In this document: positions 61,566 through 64,000 of the stretch, piece by piece
Layout of the letters: each line of letters begins with the position of its first letter
How positions within the stretch are numbered: position 1 is the stretch's first letter
From: Paraspadella gotoi
Lineage: Eukaryota; Animalia; Chaetognatha
NCBI GenBank assembly: GCA_051294375.1
Contig: CM119271.1
Coordinates: forward strand, 6,378,188 to 6,442,187
Direction: 5' to 3'
DNA: 64,000 bases
Made by a program: the position numbers and the translations under genes
Notes under the pieces: generated by a model
The model's database searches: none
Seen by the model: only the letters and a program-made list of their open reading frames with translations
What the model was told of the DNA's origin: nothing

Positions 61566-63308
61566 TCTTTTCTTTTCGTGGGGAATTAAGAGACGGACCT
61601 CAGCTTGCGAAGATACAAGTGAGCATTAAACGAGAAAGACTGAGGAATAAGAAAAGAAGGGAACTGAAGAGATTTGCCGAGAAAGCGAGTCATGTTTAAG
61701 TGATGCGCTTAAAATAAGTAGATATTTCTCTCTCTTTCTTTTCTTTCTTTCTTCTTCTCTTTTTTCTTTATTTTCATAACATTAACATTCTCTAAATAAA
61801 GGACAGGGGAGCTTCGCTTCGTTTCGTTGCGTCTTAAAATAAAACTCGTTGTTTGTAAACAAAAATAAACTTTGTTTTCTCTCTTAATAATTCGAAATTG
61901 AAAAAAAAAACGACGATGGCAAAAATGGCAGATCGACAAAGTCACTAATGTTCTGCTGTCGTCGTCGCCATCTTTGAAGTTTTCGTTGCCACCGATGTCG
62001 CTGTTTAGCGGAAAATGACGCTCGATGACTGTCGACCGTCGACATTCTCAAAATTTGAAACGAATGACCCAAATAGAAAAAAATGGATGGGGTTGTCGGA
62101 GTGGATGTTGTTGTTGCGGTAAACGTCGTCGTCGTCATCGTCGTCGTCGTCATCGTCGTCGTCGTGATCCTTCATCGACTTTTCCGAAGCCAACGAAGCC
62201 GAAGAGATTGAAATCGACGGAGGGAAAGACGCGTCATCAGTGGCGCTGGTTGCAGAAGCAATTACGCGAACACGAATCATGAACACGTGGGTCACGCGTG
62301 GGCTCCGAAGTGGTCACGTGGGTATTAAACATTTAAATCGTTTAAACAAATTTTGTTCAAATCCTTTAATAGCATTATGAATTCATTNNNNNNNNNNNNN
62401 NNNNNNNNNNNNGTGGACGAATTTCATTAAGAGACGAGTGAGAGAGAGGAGAGAGAGAGAAAAAAAAAAAAATTTGTGACTCTTGGGTCTGACTAGGATA
62501 TTGAACTTAGATTAATTTCATATGCTAATTAAGGATTTGAACAATAATTTGTTTAAAACGTGATTTAAAATGTTTAATACTCACGTGACCGACTTCGAGC
62601 CTCACGCGTACCGCACGTGTTCATGATTCGTGTTTCGCGTAATTGCTTCTGCAACAGCGCCAACTGAGACGCGCTTTCCCTCCTGTCGATTTCAGATCTT
62701 TTCGCTTGTTTGGCTTTCGGAAAAGTCGATGAAGGATCACGACGACGGACGGATGACGACGACGAATACGACGAATGACGACGACGACGACGACGTTTCG
62801 CCCTCAACACAACATCCCTCCGAACCAACCCCATGCCATTTTTTCTATTTGGTCATTCGTGTTCAAATTTGAGAAAGTCGACTGTCGAAGTCATCGAGCG
62901 TCATTTTTCCGCTAACAGCGACATCGGTGGCAACGAAAACTTCAAGATGGCGACGACGACAGCAAGAACATTAGACTTTGTCGATCTGCCATTGTTTGGC
63001 CATCGTCGTTTTTTTTTTTAATTTCGAAAAAAAAATCATAATTTCGGTCCGAAAATCTTTTTAGATCCAAACTCAGTTTTTTTCGGACTCAAACGTTCGA
63101 CGCGACGGAGAGAAAAATCTGTGGGCGGAATTTCAATCGACGAAAACCGCGAAAAAAAAGGGAAAAAATGAGAAAAAAATGCGAAAAAAAAATTTAAAAT
63201 AATAATAAAAAAGGAGAAAAAAATTGAGTCGCCGAAAACTGGATCAAAGAATAAAAAAAAAAGGGCAGGAGAAAGAAACTGTAAAATACTGATGAAACCC
63301 AGATTGAA

Positions 63309-63351
<43 letters not shown>

Positions 63352-64000
63352 GAAAAAAATTTAATCAATTGGTGAGGCTTGCTAAAAAAAAATCGAAAAC
63401 GCTTTAAAATCAAGAATTAACCCTGGATTTAAAAAAAAAAGAGAAAAGAGAAAGAAAGACAAGATTAGAGTGAAATCCAAAGTTCTAACGCCTTTTTTTT
63501 CTTAATTCAGAATAAAAAAAAGATTAAAAACATTGATTTAGGAAAGACGATACAAAAGAGAAAAATTGAAAAAAAAAATTAAGAATCTCAGATTCTGTTT
63601 CAAAAAAAAGGAAAGAGGAAGTGGAAGAGAAGAAATTTTTCTACTCAAAAGCAATTTTCTTCAAAGATAATCCGAATCGTAAAGAAAGAAGCATAAAATA
63701 GCGGAAAGAAAAGCAGAGGAAACAGAGACATGGAAAAAGGGAGGAAGTTGAAAAAAGAAAGAAAAAATAGGAAATGACATTAAAATGAAAAAGAGAAAAC
63801 CGAAAACGAGTCAATTTTTGCTTCACAATCTAATATGTAATTTCTAAGAATTTCAACTAAATAAAACAATGAAATGAAGAGATAAAACAAGCCAAAGAAA
63901 TAATTTTTAGAAATAAATAAAAATTCATCACCAATACTAAAAATAACGGAAGAAAATCATTTGGAAAAACAAGTAATTGAAAAAAAAGGAGACACAAAAT

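Overview
Animal (invertebrate-type) nuclear DNA with short GT-AG introns and seven N-gaps; most of the supplied ORF track is noise. The window has two very different halves. From 1.5 to 23.5 kb there is a tight block of five spliced genes, all on the + strand, which I assembled by hand with consistent intron phases: a Rab20-like GTPase, the CCR4 deadenylase CNOT6/6L (with a probable ~198-aa proline-rich tail and a candidate alternative last exon), a long CDR2/CDR2L/centrocortin-like dynein adaptor, an uncharacterised 449-aa protein that looks like a catalytically dead trypsin-like protease with a helical insert, and V-ATPase subunit c'' (ATP6V0B). From ~24 to 64 kb I recognise no gene. That half is packed with (GA)n/(CT)n microsatellites and CpG-rich islands carrying many YY1/Pho-type CGCCATnTT motifs, a Polycomb-response-element-like signature. 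It also holds MITEs, SINE-like and Helentron-like fragments, a degenerate Penelope-type hammerhead motif and one coding-like 99-aa ORF. Two duplications beside 25-N gaps look like long-read gap-filling artefacts. No database searches were run; family calls come from motif recognition.
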